From contig JAAYUB010000092.1 in the NCBI GenBank assembly GCA_012517875.1, positions 51,121 to 115,120 on the forward strand: 64,000 nucleotides of DNA. Direction: 5' to 3'. Each line of letters opens with the position of its first letter. Within the stretch, counting starts at the first letter, position 1. This DNA comes from Acidobacteriota bacterium. Lineage in GTDB: Bacteria; Acidobacteriota; JAAYUB01. Position numbers and translations under genes: made by a program. Below, one piece after another: positions 37,166 through 46,487 of this stretch. The notes beneath the pieces are model-generated. The model did no database searches, had not been told where the DNA came from, and saw only the letters and a program-made list of their open reading frames with translations.

Positions 37166-38605
37166 TCATTCACTCCGTTGGGGGGGATTGTCGCCGTCGT
37201 TCACAGCGGCCGCCGCCAGGGCGGCTACGAGCACGGGTTCCTCCCCCCGCAGCACCGTACGCGGATCCACCCAGATGCGGTCCGCACTTGTCCGGACGAG
37301 GATCGGCGGATCCCAGCTTCGCAAACGCCGCTCGCAGCCGCTGACCCGATCAGCCGGCAGGTGCACACAGAGGCACGGCCCGTGGATCGCCTGCCCTGGC
37401 GTGGAGCCGCCGCCGATGAGGGACTCACCGTCGGCGACCGTCACCGCCCCGGCCAGGGCCGGTGCCGCCCGCACCAGCCGACGCCGCAGGCTGAGGCAGC
37501 GCCGGCGCAGCGTCGCGGTGTCGGCGGTGATCATGGCCCAGTGCGGCAATCCGGCTCCCGGATCGTTCCGGAAATAGAGCTTCAGCGTCTCGGCCAGGAG
37601 GTAGAGGGTGACCTTGTCCAGACGCAGCGCGCGCATGAGGGGGTGGCGTCGGATGCGGCCCACCAGATCCGCGCGGCCGCAAATCAGCCCGGCCTGCGGC
37701 CCCCCCATCAACTTGTCGCCGCTGAAGCACACCAGCGGCACCCCCAGGGCCAGCAGCGGCGCGACCACCGGTTCGCCCGTCGCGGGCATCCCCGGCTGGG
37801 GGAACAGATAGCCGCTGCCGGCATCCATCACCAGGGGCACGCCGCTGCGGTTCGACAGTTCGAGCAGCTCGGTGGTCGCCGGTGTCTCGGCAAATCCGAC
37901 GATCTCGAAGTTGCTCCGGTGCACCTGCAGGATGAGCCGCGTCTCTCCGCCGAGCGCAGCCGCATAGTCTGCGGCGCGCGTCCGGTTGGTGGTGCCCACT
38001 TCCCGCAGGCGGGCGCCGCTCAGGGCCATGATCTCGGGGATGCGGAACGACCCGCCGATCTCGACTAACTCGCCCCGGGAGACCAGCACGTCACCCCCCT
38101 CGGCCAGCGCGGCGAGGATCAGCAGCAACGCGCCGGCGTTGTTGTTGACTGCGGTGGCGTCTTCGCACGGCAGCAGTTCGCGGCACAGACGGGCCACCGC
38201 CGTGTCGCGGTGGCCGCGCGCGCCGACGACCAGGTCGTACTCCAAGTCCGCATAGCCGCCCAGCGCGTCCGGCAAGCCCGCCAGCACGCCCGCCGACAGG
38301 GGCGCGCGCCCCAGGTTGGTGTGAATGATGACGCCGGTGGCGTTGATCACGCGACGGATCCCCAGCCCCGCCAGGTGCCGGCGCTTCCCTTCAACCTGGC
38401 GCAGAACCAGCTCCACCAACTCCTCCCGGGAAGTCTGTTCCGGCAGCTGCCCGGTAACGATGGCCCGCCGCAACTCCGCCAGCGCCGCCGTGAGCCAGCC
38501 GGTGACCGTTTCCCGGCGATATTCCGCGAGCAGGCGACCGATTTCCGGGAGCTGCACGAGACGGCCGACCGCCGGAAGCAGCGACAGCAAGGCGTTTTCG
38601 CTCAT
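37166..38605 (-). CDS. selA: L-seryl-tRNA(Sec) selenium transferase
   Basis: VINATGVIIHTNLGRAPL, VNNNAGAL, SRGELVEIGGSFRIPEIM, EVGTTNRT, FSGDKLMGGPQAG (PLP lysine); start ATG 38605. Confidence 0.97.
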   Translation of the reverse strand: MSENALLSLLPAVGRLVQLPEIGRLLAEYRRETVTGWLTAALAELRRAIVTGQLPEQTSREELVELVLRQVEGKRRHLAGLGIRRVINATGVIIHTNLGRAPLSAGVLAGLPDALGGYADLEYDLVVGARGHRDTAVARLCRELLPCEDATAVNNNAGALLLILAALAEGGDVLVSRGELVEIGGSFRIPEIMALSGARLREVGTTNRTRAADYAAALGGETRLILQVHRSNFEIVGFAETPATTELLELSNRSGVPLVMDAGSGYLFPQPGMPATGEPVVAPLLALGVPLVCFSGDKLMGGPQAGLICGRADLVGRIRRHPLMRALRLDKVTLYLLAETLKLYFRNDPGAGLPHWAMITADTATLRRRCLSLRRRLVRAAPALAGAVTVADGESLIGGGSTPGQAIHGPCLCVHLPADRVSGCERRLRSWDPPILVRTSADRIWVDPRTVLRGEEPVLVAALAAAAVNDGDNPPQRSE

Positions 38606-38740
38606 CAGATACCCTCGGCGTGCCGGAATGGATGACGCCCCAATTGTAGCACAGGCAGCGAGACGGACGCGCGGCGCTGCATGCCGGCGACACCACTTGC
38701 CTCCGCCTCCAGATCTGTTGTACGCGCTAGCAGGAATCTC

Positions 38741-38769
38741 TTGATTTGGCTCGACTGTTCGTCTATTCT
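38741..38769 (+). promoter_or_regulatory. sigma70-type promoter
   Basis: TTGATT, 17-nt spacer, TATTCT upstream of the AGGAG SD at 38784. Confidence 0.55.
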
Positions 38770-38795
38770 GCAACTGTCACCGCAGGAGAAGGACC

Positions 38796-39188
38796 ATTAC
38801 TCTCACGCCATACATCTTCTTTGGTTTAGCTCCACTGCACAGCTCATCCCCTCTCACCGTCTTTCTGGCGGCTCTTGCCGCCGGGATCCTGTTCTGGACC
38901 ACCGTCTCCGGACGCTACGAAGGGGACCGGCTGGAGCGGTCACTGCGGCTGCCGATCGGATCCCGCTATCTGCACGTCCATCACTGGCTCTATTGCTCGG
39001 TGTTGCTGGTCCTGCTCCACCTCGTGGGTCTTTCCAACCCTCCCACCTGTGGGTTCCTCATCGGAGCGGTGCTGCAGGGGCTGACGTACCGTGACTGGTC
39101 TCTGCTGTGGTACGAGAAGAGCCAGGCCAGCCTCATCTACGCCAAATGGCGTTCCGGCCGTTTGACGGTCCGCAGGATCGACGCATGA
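38796..39188 (+). CDS. small membrane protein with HVHHWLY motif, apparent ATT start
   Basis: Frame open from 38745 to TGA 39188 with no ATG/GTG/TTG before 39000; SD AGGAG 7 nt before ATT 38796; 3-4 hydrophobic segments; stop overlaps the next ATG. Confidence 0.6.
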   Translation: MTLTPYIFFGLAPLHSSSPLTVFLAALAAGILFWTTVSGRYEGDRLERSLRLPIGSRYLHVHHWLYCSVLLVLLHLVGLSNPPTCGFLIGAVLQGLTYRDWSLLWYEKSQASLIYAKWRSGRLTVRRIDA

Positions 39189-40066
39189 TCCGGCGACCGC
39201 TCCGCCGCTTTGCGGCCACAATACTGCTGCTCTGGCTGGGCGCCGTGACCGGTCGGGCCGCGAATCCGGATCCTGCCCTGCCACCTGATACACCCATTGA
39301 CCGGGCGTTCCGGCATTTATACAACTTCGACTTCGCCGGCAGCCTGGCCGTTCTCCACGATGCCGAGCGAACCCAGCCCGACAATCCCCTGGTGCACTCG
39401 GTGCGGGCCGGAACCTACCTGTTCATGGAGATGGACCGGCTCAAGATCCTGGAAACCCGCTTTTTCCTGAACGACGACAACCTGGTGGACGGGACCGGCA
39501 AACTGGAACCCGACCCGGCCGTCCGGAACAAACTGTTCGCCACCCTGGAACGATGCCGCCAGGTCGCCGGCCAACGGCTGCAGGCGGACCCGGACGACGT
39601 GGACGCTCTCTTCGCCATGTGCATGGCCGCCGGCGTCGAAACCGATTACGCGGCGTTGGTGGAACGGCGCACCTGGCGGAGCCTGCGGCTGGCGCCCACC
39701 ATGCTGGTGCACGCAAAACAGCTGCTGGCGCGGACACCTCCTTTCTACGACGCCTACCTCAACTTCGGCTCGCTGGAATATGTGGTGGGCGACCTCCCCT
39801 TCTTCATCCGCTGGTTCATCCGCTACGACGGGGTCAAGGGGAGCAAACAGCGGGGAATCGAGCAGCTGAAGCTGACCGCCAGCCAGGGTCGTTACTATGG
39901 TCCCTACGCCCGGATCCTGCTTGCGGTGGTCTATCTGAGGGAGAATCGACCGGACGAATCCATCCGGCTGCTGGAGGGACTGAGTCGGGAGTTTCCCGGC
40001 AACCACCTGTTCCGCGACGAGCTGACGCGCATCCGCCAGCAGGTCGAGAAGCGCCGAAACAAATAA
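39185..40066 (+). CDS. secreted TPR-like hypothetical protein
   Basis: Signal peptide, helical repeats, YDAYLNFGSLEYVVGDLPFFIRW...G..GSKQRGIEQL; ATGA coupling to upstream gene. Confidence 0.7.
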   Translation: MIRRPLRRFAATILLLWLGAVTGRAANPDPALPPDTPIDRAFRHLYNFDFAGSLAVLHDAERTQPDNPLVHSVRAGTYLFMEMDRLKILETRFFLNDDNLVDGTGKLEPDPAVRNKLFATLERCRQVAGQRLQADPDDVDALFAMCMAAGVETDYAALVERRTWRSLRLAPTMLVHAKQLLARTPPFYDAYLNFGSLEYVVGDLPFFIRWFIRYDGVKGSKQRGIEQLKLTASQGRYYGPYARILLAVVYLRENRPDESIRLLEGLSREFPGNHLFRDELTRIRQQVEKRRNK

Positions 40067-40148
40067 TTGCGAGGGAACATCCGGGTGAGGAACGACCGGC
40101 TGCCGGAACGTTCGCCCCGGCAGCCGGCGGCCCCGGCCGGCGCCGGGT

Positions 40149-41021
40149 TTACTTTTTCTGCTCCACGGTGAACGCGGGCGTGGCCGGAACATTCGGGGCC
40201 TTCACCGCGTTGTCCTGCTGCAGCGGCATCAGGCCGGCGCTTGCCGGCACCCGGCAACCCATGATGGCGCGCTTCACGATTTCCTTCTTCAGGAGCTGGA
40301 TGGCGAACGCCGGATCGATCCCCTTGGGGCAGGCCTCGGAGCAGGCACCGGCAAAGTGGCAGCGGAAGATGCCGAACTTGTTGTCGATCTCCTTCAACCG
40401 CTCGGCAAAGCCCTCGTCGCGGGTGTCGTAGACGTATCGCAGCGCCTGGCCCAGCGGCTGCGGCCCCGGGAATTCCTGCAGCGACGCCACCGTCGGACAC
40501 GCCGACATGCACAACCCGCACTTCAGGCAATAGGAGAACTGAAGGTACCGGACCAGTTCCTCCTCGGTCTGGTGGAATTCGCCGGCGATGGCCTCCGGCG
40601 GCGTCCCGGTGCGAATGATGTACGGCCTGAGCCGGGTGTGCGCGTCGATCATCCGGCTCTGGTCGGTGACCAGGTCCTTGACGATGGGATAGTTGGGCAG
40701 CGGCCGGATCTCGATCACATCGGCATGCAGCTTCAGAACCTGAGTCTGGCAGGCCAGCAGCGGCTTACCGTGAATGAACATGCCACAGGAGCCGCACACG
40801 CCCATCCGGCAAGCCGCGCGCCATGACAGGGTATGATCCAGGTTGGCCTTGATCCAGATCAGCGCGTCGAGGATGGTCATCCCGGACGGGACCGGTACCT
40901 TGTAATCGACCAGCCGGCCGTCTTCGCCCCAGGTGCCGGAGCTGTCCCAGCGGTAGATCCGGAGGATCACATCCTGCACGGCCTTGGTGACGTCGATGAC
41001 CTTGTTGGGATCGCTGCACAT
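40149..41021 (-). CDS. sdhB: succinate dehydrogenase/fumarate reductase iron-sulfur subunit
   Basis: ACRMGVCGSC, CLKCGLCMSACP, CHFAGACSEACP; GGAGGT SD before ATG 41021. Confidence 0.96.
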   Translation of the reverse strand: MCSDPNKVIDVTKAVQDVILRIYRWDSSGTWGEDGRLVDYKVPVPSGMTILDALIWIKANLDHTLSWRAACRMGVCGSCGMFIHGKPLLACQTQVLKLHADVIEIRPLPNYPIVKDLVTDQSRMIDAHTRLRPYIIRTGTPPEAIAGEFHQTEEELVRYLQFSYCLKCGLCMSACPTVASLQEFPGPQPLGQALRYVYDTRDEGFAERLKEIDNKFGIFRCHFAGACSEACPKGIDPAFAIQLLKKEIVKRAIMGCRVPASAGLMPLQQDNAVKAPNVPATPAFTVEQKK

Positions 41022-41023
41022 GC

Positions 41024-41434
41024 TCAACCTCCCAGGGGCGGATTCAGGTGACCGGCCAGGACCGTGTACACCCCGTACACGGCGGCGGCGATGCCGATGA
41101 TGAGGATGACCACGCCCACCACCTGTTTGGCTTTGGCGGAAAACTTGAGCTCGCAGATCATGGACCGGAGCCCGTACAGCCCGTGGAACAGGCCGAACAC
41201 CACCAGCAGGAGATAGACGGCGGTCATGGACACGGACTGCATCCGGGGCAGCACGGCGTGCTGAAAATTCAGCGACCCCACCAGGTGGCCGTCCGATTGC
41301 CAAGCGGCCTGGGGAATGAAACCCAGCCAGGTCAGGATGGAATCAAAATGCTGGATGACCGTGTGAATGCCCAGCAGCAGGATGAGGGCCAAGCCCGAGA
41401 TCAGATGCCAGAACCAGAGTCGTGATTCTTTCAT
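41024..41434 (-). CDS. sdhD: succinate dehydrogenase membrane anchor subunit
   Basis: 3 TM helices with heme-ligand His (GIHTV, FHGLYG). Confidence 0.85.
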   Translation of the reverse strand: MKESRLWFWHLISGLALILLLGIHTVIQHFDSILTWLGFIPQAAWQSDGHLVGSLNFQHAVLPRMQSVSMTAVYLLLVVFGLFHGLYGLRSMICELKFSAKAKQVVGVVILIIGIAAAVYGVYTVLAGHLNPPLGG

Positions 41435-41443
41435 GGCGCCCTC

Positions 41444-41875
41444 CTACAACACCCGGATCAGGTTGAAGAAGTCGGCCGTCCCCACGACCGCCAGCACGAA
41501 CACCACGGCCAGGATCGCGTAGAAGAATACCCGGTTGCGGTCCAGGCAGGTCTGATAGGGATAGACGTTTTTGATCGGGTGCCCGAGGCCGAGGCCGAAT
41601 TCCGCCCAGACCAGGCGGAAGCCATTGCAGGCGTGGATGATGATCGCAAGAAAGAGGAAGTATTCGCCGATGTGCAGGGGTCGCACCGCATCCATGGCGC
41701 CGGCCCAGGCCGCCTCGCCGGCGTTTTTCTGGGCCGTCACATAGAGGTGGATCAGCAGGTACAGGATGATTCCCAGCCCGGTGATCCGCTGCAGGGTGTA
41801 CGCGTATCGCTGGAGGCTATACCGCCCGGCATAGACCCAGCCCCTGATCCCCAGATCGTTGTCCTTTGCTGCCAT
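41444..41875 (-). CDS. sdhC: succinate dehydrogenase cytochrome b subunit
   Basis: LQRITG, YLLIHL, IHACNGFR; 3 TM helices. Confidence 0.9.
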   Translation of the reverse strand: MAAKDNDLGIRGWVYAGRYSLQRYAYTLQRITGLGIILYLLIHLYVTAQKNAGEAAWAGAMDAVRPLHIGEYFLFLAIIIHACNGFRLVWAEFGLGLGHPIKNVYPYQTCLDRNRVFFYAILAVVFVLAVVGTADFFNLIRVL

Positions 41876-41884
41876 GGTGGCCTC

Positions 41885-43603
41885 CTAGTATTTCCGCTCC
41901 ACCGGTTTCCAATGGGTGATGGTGACCGGGATGTAATCCAGGCGCATGCCATCGCCGTCCTGGTAAACCATGGTGTGCTTCAGGAAGTTCTCATCATCCC
42001 GCGTCGCGAAGTCGCGCCGGGCGTGACCGCCCCGCGACTCCTGGCGCGCCAGCGCGCCGAGCACGGCGGCTTCGGCGCAGATCAGCAGGTACTCCATCTC
42101 CAGGGCTGTCAGAAGGTCGGTGTTGTAGACACGCTGCTTGTCGGCGATGCCTGACCGGGCGAAGCGGGCCTTGAGTTCGGCGATGCCCTCCTTGGCTTTC
42201 TGGATCGACTCGCCGGTCCGGAACACCCCCATGTTGAGATCCATGAGGTTTCGCAGGTCGTCCCGGATGGCGTACAGGTTCTCCTCGCCGCCGCGGCCGA
42301 GCAGGTCGACGAACACTCGCTTTTCTTCTTCGGCCACCCTGGCTTGGCTCAGTTCCGCAAAGGACGCTTCCTTGGCGCAGAAGGCCGCGGCTAGCGCCCC
42401 GGTGATCTTGCCCCAAACCAGGCACTCGGCCGTGGAGTTGGAGCCCAGGCGGTTGGCACCATGCATGCTCACGCAGGCGGCCTCGCCCGCCGACCAGATG
42501 CCGGGCGTCGGTGTGGCGCCGTCGATGTCGGTGTGAATGCCGCCCATGGAGTAATGCGCCACCGGCCGGATGGGGATGGGCGCGTCGGTCGGGTCGACGC
42601 CGATGAACTTCATGCAGATCTCGCGGATCAGCGGCAGGCGGTCCTTGATCCGTTCGGCCCCGAGATGGCGCAGGTCCAGGTGGATAAAGTCCAGGCCGCG
42701 AGGGCCCTGGTAGCCCTTGCCGGCCTCCAGTTCCTTGATGATGGAGCGTGATACCAGGTCGCGCGGCGCCAGTTCCATTTTCTCGGGCGCGTACCGTTTC
42801 AGGAACCGCTCACCCTCGCTGTTCACCAGATAGCCGCCCTCGCCCCGGCAGGCCTCGGTCATCAGGATGCCTGACGGAATCAGGCCGGTTGGATGGAACT
42901 GGAGAAACTCCATGTCCTTCAGGGGCAGGCCGGCCTTGAACGCCAGCGCCATGCCGTCTCCGGTGACGGTGTGGGCGTACGTGGTGAATCCAAACATCCG
43001 CCCCGTGCCGCCGGTGGCGATGATGAGCGCTTTGCCTTGAAAGGCCAGCAGCTCGCCGGTGGTCATGCTAATTGCCGTCAGACCGGCGAATCGTCCGTCC
43101 GCAGTCTGGATCGAGGTGACGAACGTCTCGTCATACCGGCTGAAATTGTTGTACTTCAGCAGCGTATCATAAAGGGTCTGCATCTCGAAGAAACCGGTCT
43201 TGTCCGCCGCGTAAACCGCCCGGTTGAAGGAGTGCCCACCGAACGGCCGCTGGGCGATCCGGCCATCGGGGCGCCGGGACCACGGAATGCCCCACTTGTC
43301 CAGCAGCTGGATTTCGGCCGGCATCATTTCCACGAATCGAAAGACCGCATCCTGGTCGGCCAGAAAGTCTGAGCCTTTGACCGTATCCCACGCGTGCAGC
43401 TCCAGGGAGTCCCCCTCCTCCGGCCGGAGCACGGCGGCGGTACCACCTTCGGCGGCCACGGAGTGGGAACGCATCAACTGCACCTTGGAGATCAGGCCGA
43501 TGTTCAACCGTCCCTGGCTGACGATGGACGCCTCCAGCGCCGCTCGCAGCCCGGCCAGGCCCGAACCCAAGATCAGTAGATCGTGACGAATGGTTCTAGC
43601 CAT
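41885..43603 (-). CDS. sdhA: succinate dehydrogenase/fumarate reductase flavoprotein
   Basis: [16 protein letters not shown] (covalent FAD His), [36 protein letters not shown]. Confidence 0.97.
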   Translation of the reverse strand: MARTIRHDLLILGSGLAGLRAALEASIVSQGRLNIGLISKVQLMRSHSVAAEGGTAAVLRPEEGDSLELHAWDTVKGSDFLADQDAVFRFVEMMPAEIQLLDKWGIPWSRRPDGRIAQRPFGGHSFNRAVYAADKTGFFEMQTLYDTLLKYNNFSRYDETFVTSIQTADGRFAGLTAISMTTGELLAFQGKALIIATGGTGRMFGFTTYAHTVTGDGMALAFKAGLPLKDMEFLQFHPTGLIPSGILMTEACRGEGGYLVNSEGERFLKRYAPEKMELAPRDLVSRSIIKELEAGKGYQGPRGLDFIHLDLRHLGAERIKDRLPLIREICMKFIGVDPTDAPIPIRPVAHYSMGGIHTDIDGATPTPGIWSAGEAACVSMHGANRLGSNSTAECLVWGKITGALAAAFCAKEASFAELSQARVAEEEKRVFVDLLGRGGEENLYAIRDDLRNLMDLNMGVFRTGESIQKAKEGIAELKARFARSGIADKQRVYNTDLLTALEMEYLLICAEAAVLGALARQESRGGHARRDFATRDDENFLKHTMVYQDGDGMRLDYIPVTITHWKPVERKY

Positions 43604-43769
43604 CGCGCGCCTTCCTTGTTGAGATTTCCTCGAATCTTAAGTGGAACGGCAACGACAAGTCAAGGCCTTCTCGTCAGTGCTCATCGAAAAAACAGGTGCA
43701 CACCGGATGGTGAGCGGCTATAATCGGGCCACACGGTTCTGGCTGGACACTGAGGGACCATCCGACGCT

Positions 43770-44360
43770 ATGCCGACCCTGGACGAAGAATTGGCGGAAC
43801 TCGAAAAGCGGATCCGCCAGCTGAAAATCGAGTACGACATCTTCCTCATCGGCGGGAAGAAGACCCCGCCTCGTAATCTCCAAAGCTCGGTGGACACGAT
43901 GATCCAGCGCCTGCTCGACGAGAAGCGGTTCGCGTTCGCGCAGAAATTCAAGTTCCAGACCCTGGTCGCCCGTTACAGCAGCTACCGTGAGCTTTGGCGG
44001 AAGAAGGGCCAGGAACGCGAGGAGAAGGGCATCCTGCGCAGCGAGGAAGAACTGCAGGCCATGATCGAGCATGGGCTCACCCGACCGCTGGAAACCGCCC
44101 CGCCCGATAAATTCGTGCTCGTCACCGACAACCCCGCCGCCGATCCCCAGCAACTCCAGGCCATGTTCGATTTTCTGAACGACGCTCATCGCCGGGTCGG
44201 CGACAATCCGCCGAACATGGACTTTGACAAATTCCGAAAGCTGATCGAAACCCGGACCGAGGAGATCCGAAAAAAATACAAGTGCCGTTACGTGGAGTTC
44301 TCCGTGTCTGTGGACAGCAACGAGAACAAGGTGAAGTTTGCAGCCAAACTGAAAAAATAG
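43770..44360 (+). CDS. MXAN_5187 C-terminal domain-like hypothetical protein
   Basis: LEKRIRQLKIEYDIFLIGGKKTPP...RFKFQTLVARYSSYRELW pattern; ATG 43770 (ORF track starts at 43641). Confidence 0.65.
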   Translation: MPTLDEELAELEKRIRQLKIEYDIFLIGGKKTPPRNLQSSVDTMIQRLLDEKRFAFAQKFKFQTLVARYSSYRELWRKKGQEREEKGILRSEEELQAMIEHGLTRPLETAPPDKFVLVTDNPAADPQQLQAMFDFLNDAHRRVGDNPPNMDFDKFRKLIETRTEEIRKKYKCRYVEFSVSVDSNENKVKFAAKLKK

Positions 44361-44485
44361 GGCGACACCAGCGAAAAGGGTTGCAACCCGATCGTCCCAT
44401 ACGGTATCAATATAAGCTTCGACGCAATCGCTTTTGTGCTAACATGCTTTTGTAATTTTTGAGAAAAAAGGTTGAGGGTATCTCC

Positions 44486-46411
44486 ATGAAGAAGTTTGCG
44501 CTGGGTTTCACACTTTTAGCTGCGCTCGGTGCCGCCGTGGCAGCCCAGGGTGGACCATTTTCCGGCAACGCCGAGGTCTACCTCCAGCTCACCCCGGCGA
44601 CGCCCGCCATCAACAGCACGTTCGAGGTGGACCTGTATGTGGACTTGACCGGGATCACCGGCTCGGGATCCACGCCGGCGGCGCTGGGCGGATTCGCCAT
44701 CCCGGTCGCCTTTGACAACTCCCGGCTGACTTTGATATCTGTCGAGGCAGGCACCAGCGGTGCCTTCACGGCCGGCGACCTGGTTTTCACCGACCTGCCC
44801 CGCGCCAACGCCCGCGGATTCGTCACTGTGGTAAACACGCAGACGGCTTCGGGCACGCCCACCGGCATTGTCCACGTGGCCACGCTGACCTTCCAGACGG
44901 GTCCCCAGGGGGGCCGGGTTCATTTCAACGTCAACTCCGCCCGCACCATCCACGAGGGATCGCTGGCCTCGACCTACACCGCCGCCAACGGCGGGCCGGA
45001 TGAGATTCCTTACGACGATGAAACCGCCCTGGCCACCATCGCGACCGGGGGCGTCTCCTACAGCATCTACTATCCAGTTTTCATCTCCGGCGACGCCGAC
45101 TTCATGGGCGTCACCGTGGTCAACGAGGGCGTCGCCACGGAAAACCTGAACTTCCGGGCTTACAATCCCGCCGGCCAGCTCATCACCCAAGCCGGCATGA
45201 CCAACCCCAACGTGAGCGACAACCCCCTGGCTCCGCTTCAGCAGTATGTCCGCATGAGTCACAACCTTTTCGGCAGCTCCGGCGCGCTGGACATTGAACA
45301 TGGCTGGATCGAGGTGACCGCCAACGAACACAACCTGAGCGGCTTCTTCCTGATCGGCCACATTGAGGGCGCTGACATCACCCAGATGGATGGCGCCGAA
45401 GTGGGTCACCAGGTCGCCTCCCGAGTGATCTTCCCGGTCCTGGGCAAGGACGCCGCCCGCGACACCGACCTGTACGCGATTAATCCCGGCACGACCGCCG
45501 CCGCCGGCAACCTGCTGATGAAAGACAACCTCGGCAATACCGTCCAAACCATTCCCGTCAACATCCCGGCGCACGGTGTGTACGAGGGCACTTTTACCGC
45601 GAACACCCTGGACCGCTACTTCGACCTCACCCTGACCTCCGGCGAGGTGTTCGGTTTCCAGCTGTTCGGCAACGCCAACGCCCTGGCCGGACTCAACGCC
45701 CAGGCAGCGGCGGACACGACGGCTAACATCCTGTACGACGCCCACTTCGCCTCCGGCAACTACGGGATCCGCTATTTCACGGAAATCAATGTGATCAACG
45801 CCTCCGCCCAGGTGGCCAACCTCACCCTCCACCTGATCAATGACGCGGGCAGCGAGATCGTCACTCCCGTCGCCCGCACCCTCAATCCCGGCGCCCAGCT
45901 CCGTGTGATGGGGCACACCCTGTTCGGGTTGCCCGATCCGCTGACCGCCGCGGATGGCGTGAGCGGATCGGTCATGATCGAGAGTGATCAGGGTGTGGTT
46001 GGATCCATCACCTTCGGTGATGCTCAGAACGGCCTTTTCCTGGCCAGCCTGCCGCTGCTGTCCACTTCGGCCGCCAAGCGCGAAATCTATCTGGACCACG
46101 TGGCGATCGGTCTGATCGGTACGGTCAACTACTGGACGGGCATCGCGCTGGTCAATCCCAGCCGGACTCGCACCGCCTCCATCAACCTCCAGCTTTACGA
46201 TCAGAACGGCAACCTGACGGCTCAAACGGCCACGCCGGTCGAGCTGGCTCCCGGTCAGCGCACGTCGCGCATGCTCCCTAGCTTCTTCCCGGGATTCAGC
46301 GGCAACCAGTTCGGCGGCTTCGTCCGGCTGACTTCGGATGTCGAGGTGTTCTCCTTCATGCTCTTCGGCGATGTCAGCCTGAACTTTCTTGCGGCGGTGC
46401 CGGTTCGGTAA
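44486..46411 (+). CDS. secreted protein: cohesin-like domain plus four tandem beta-sandwich repeats (candidate surface scaffold)
   Basis: Signal peptide MKKFALG...AVAA; cohesin-like FEVDLYVD...LGGFAIPVAFDNSRLTLISVEAG...GIVHVATLTFQ; four 100-115-aa repeats sharing G(I/V)xxVN(P)...LxLxDxxG...LxPG.Q...LF...GFxLFG; GAGGG SD. Confidence 0.75.
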   Translation: MKKFALGFTLLAALGAAVAAQGGPFSGNAEVYLQLTPATPAINSTFEVDLYVDLTGITGSGSTPAALGGFAIPVAFDNSRLTLISVEAGTSGAFTAGDLVFTDLPRANARGFVTVVNTQTASGTPTGIVHVATLTFQTGPQGGRVHFNVNSARTIHEGSLASTYTAANGGPDEIPYDDETALATIATGGVSYSIYYPVFISGDADFMGVTVVNEGVATENLNFRAYNPAGQLITQAGMTNPNVSDNPLAPLQQYVRMSHNLFGSSGALDIEHGWIEVTANEHNLSGFFLIGHIEGADITQMDGAEVGHQVASRVIFPVLGKDAARDTDLYAINPGTTAAAGNLLMKDNLGNTVQTIPVNIPAHGVYEGTFTANTLDRYFDLTLTSGEVFGFQLFGNANALAGLNAQAAADTTANILYDAHFASGNYGIRYFTEINVINASAQVANLTLHLINDAGSEIVTPVARTLNPGAQLRVMGHTLFGLPDPLTAADGVSGSVMIESDQGVVGSITFGDAQNGLFLASLPLLSTSAAKREIYLDHVAIGLIGTVNYWTGIALVNPSRTRTASINLQLYDQNGNLTAQTATPVELAPGQRTSRMLPSFFPGFSGNQFGGFVRLTSDVEVFSFMLFGDVSLNFLAAVPVR

Positions 46412-46441
46412 ACCGTTCGCGTGACGCACTGAAAACCCCCA

Positions 46442-46467
46442 AACCCCCTGGGTTCGCCCAGGGGGTT
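46442..46467 (+). terminator. strong hairpin/terminator after the cohesin-like gene
   Basis: Perfect 11-bp stem AACCCCCTGGG-TTCG-CCCAGGGGGTT; short U-tract. Confidence 0.75.
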
Positions 46468-46487
46468 CGTATTATCCGGCAGGCGAC

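Noticed and set aside
38681-39094. ORF-track 137-aa protein
   Set aside because: Overlaps a better frame (38796-39188) that has an SD, TM helices and translational coupling to the next gene
1361-46429. Very long antisense ORFs (e.g. 1361-3397 -, 3829-6294 +, 7229-9208 part of the + ORF, 12356-14761 +, 36146-38068 +, 44516-46429 -)
   Set aside because: Shadows of real genes caused by high-GC codon bias; no motifs, SD or plausible composition
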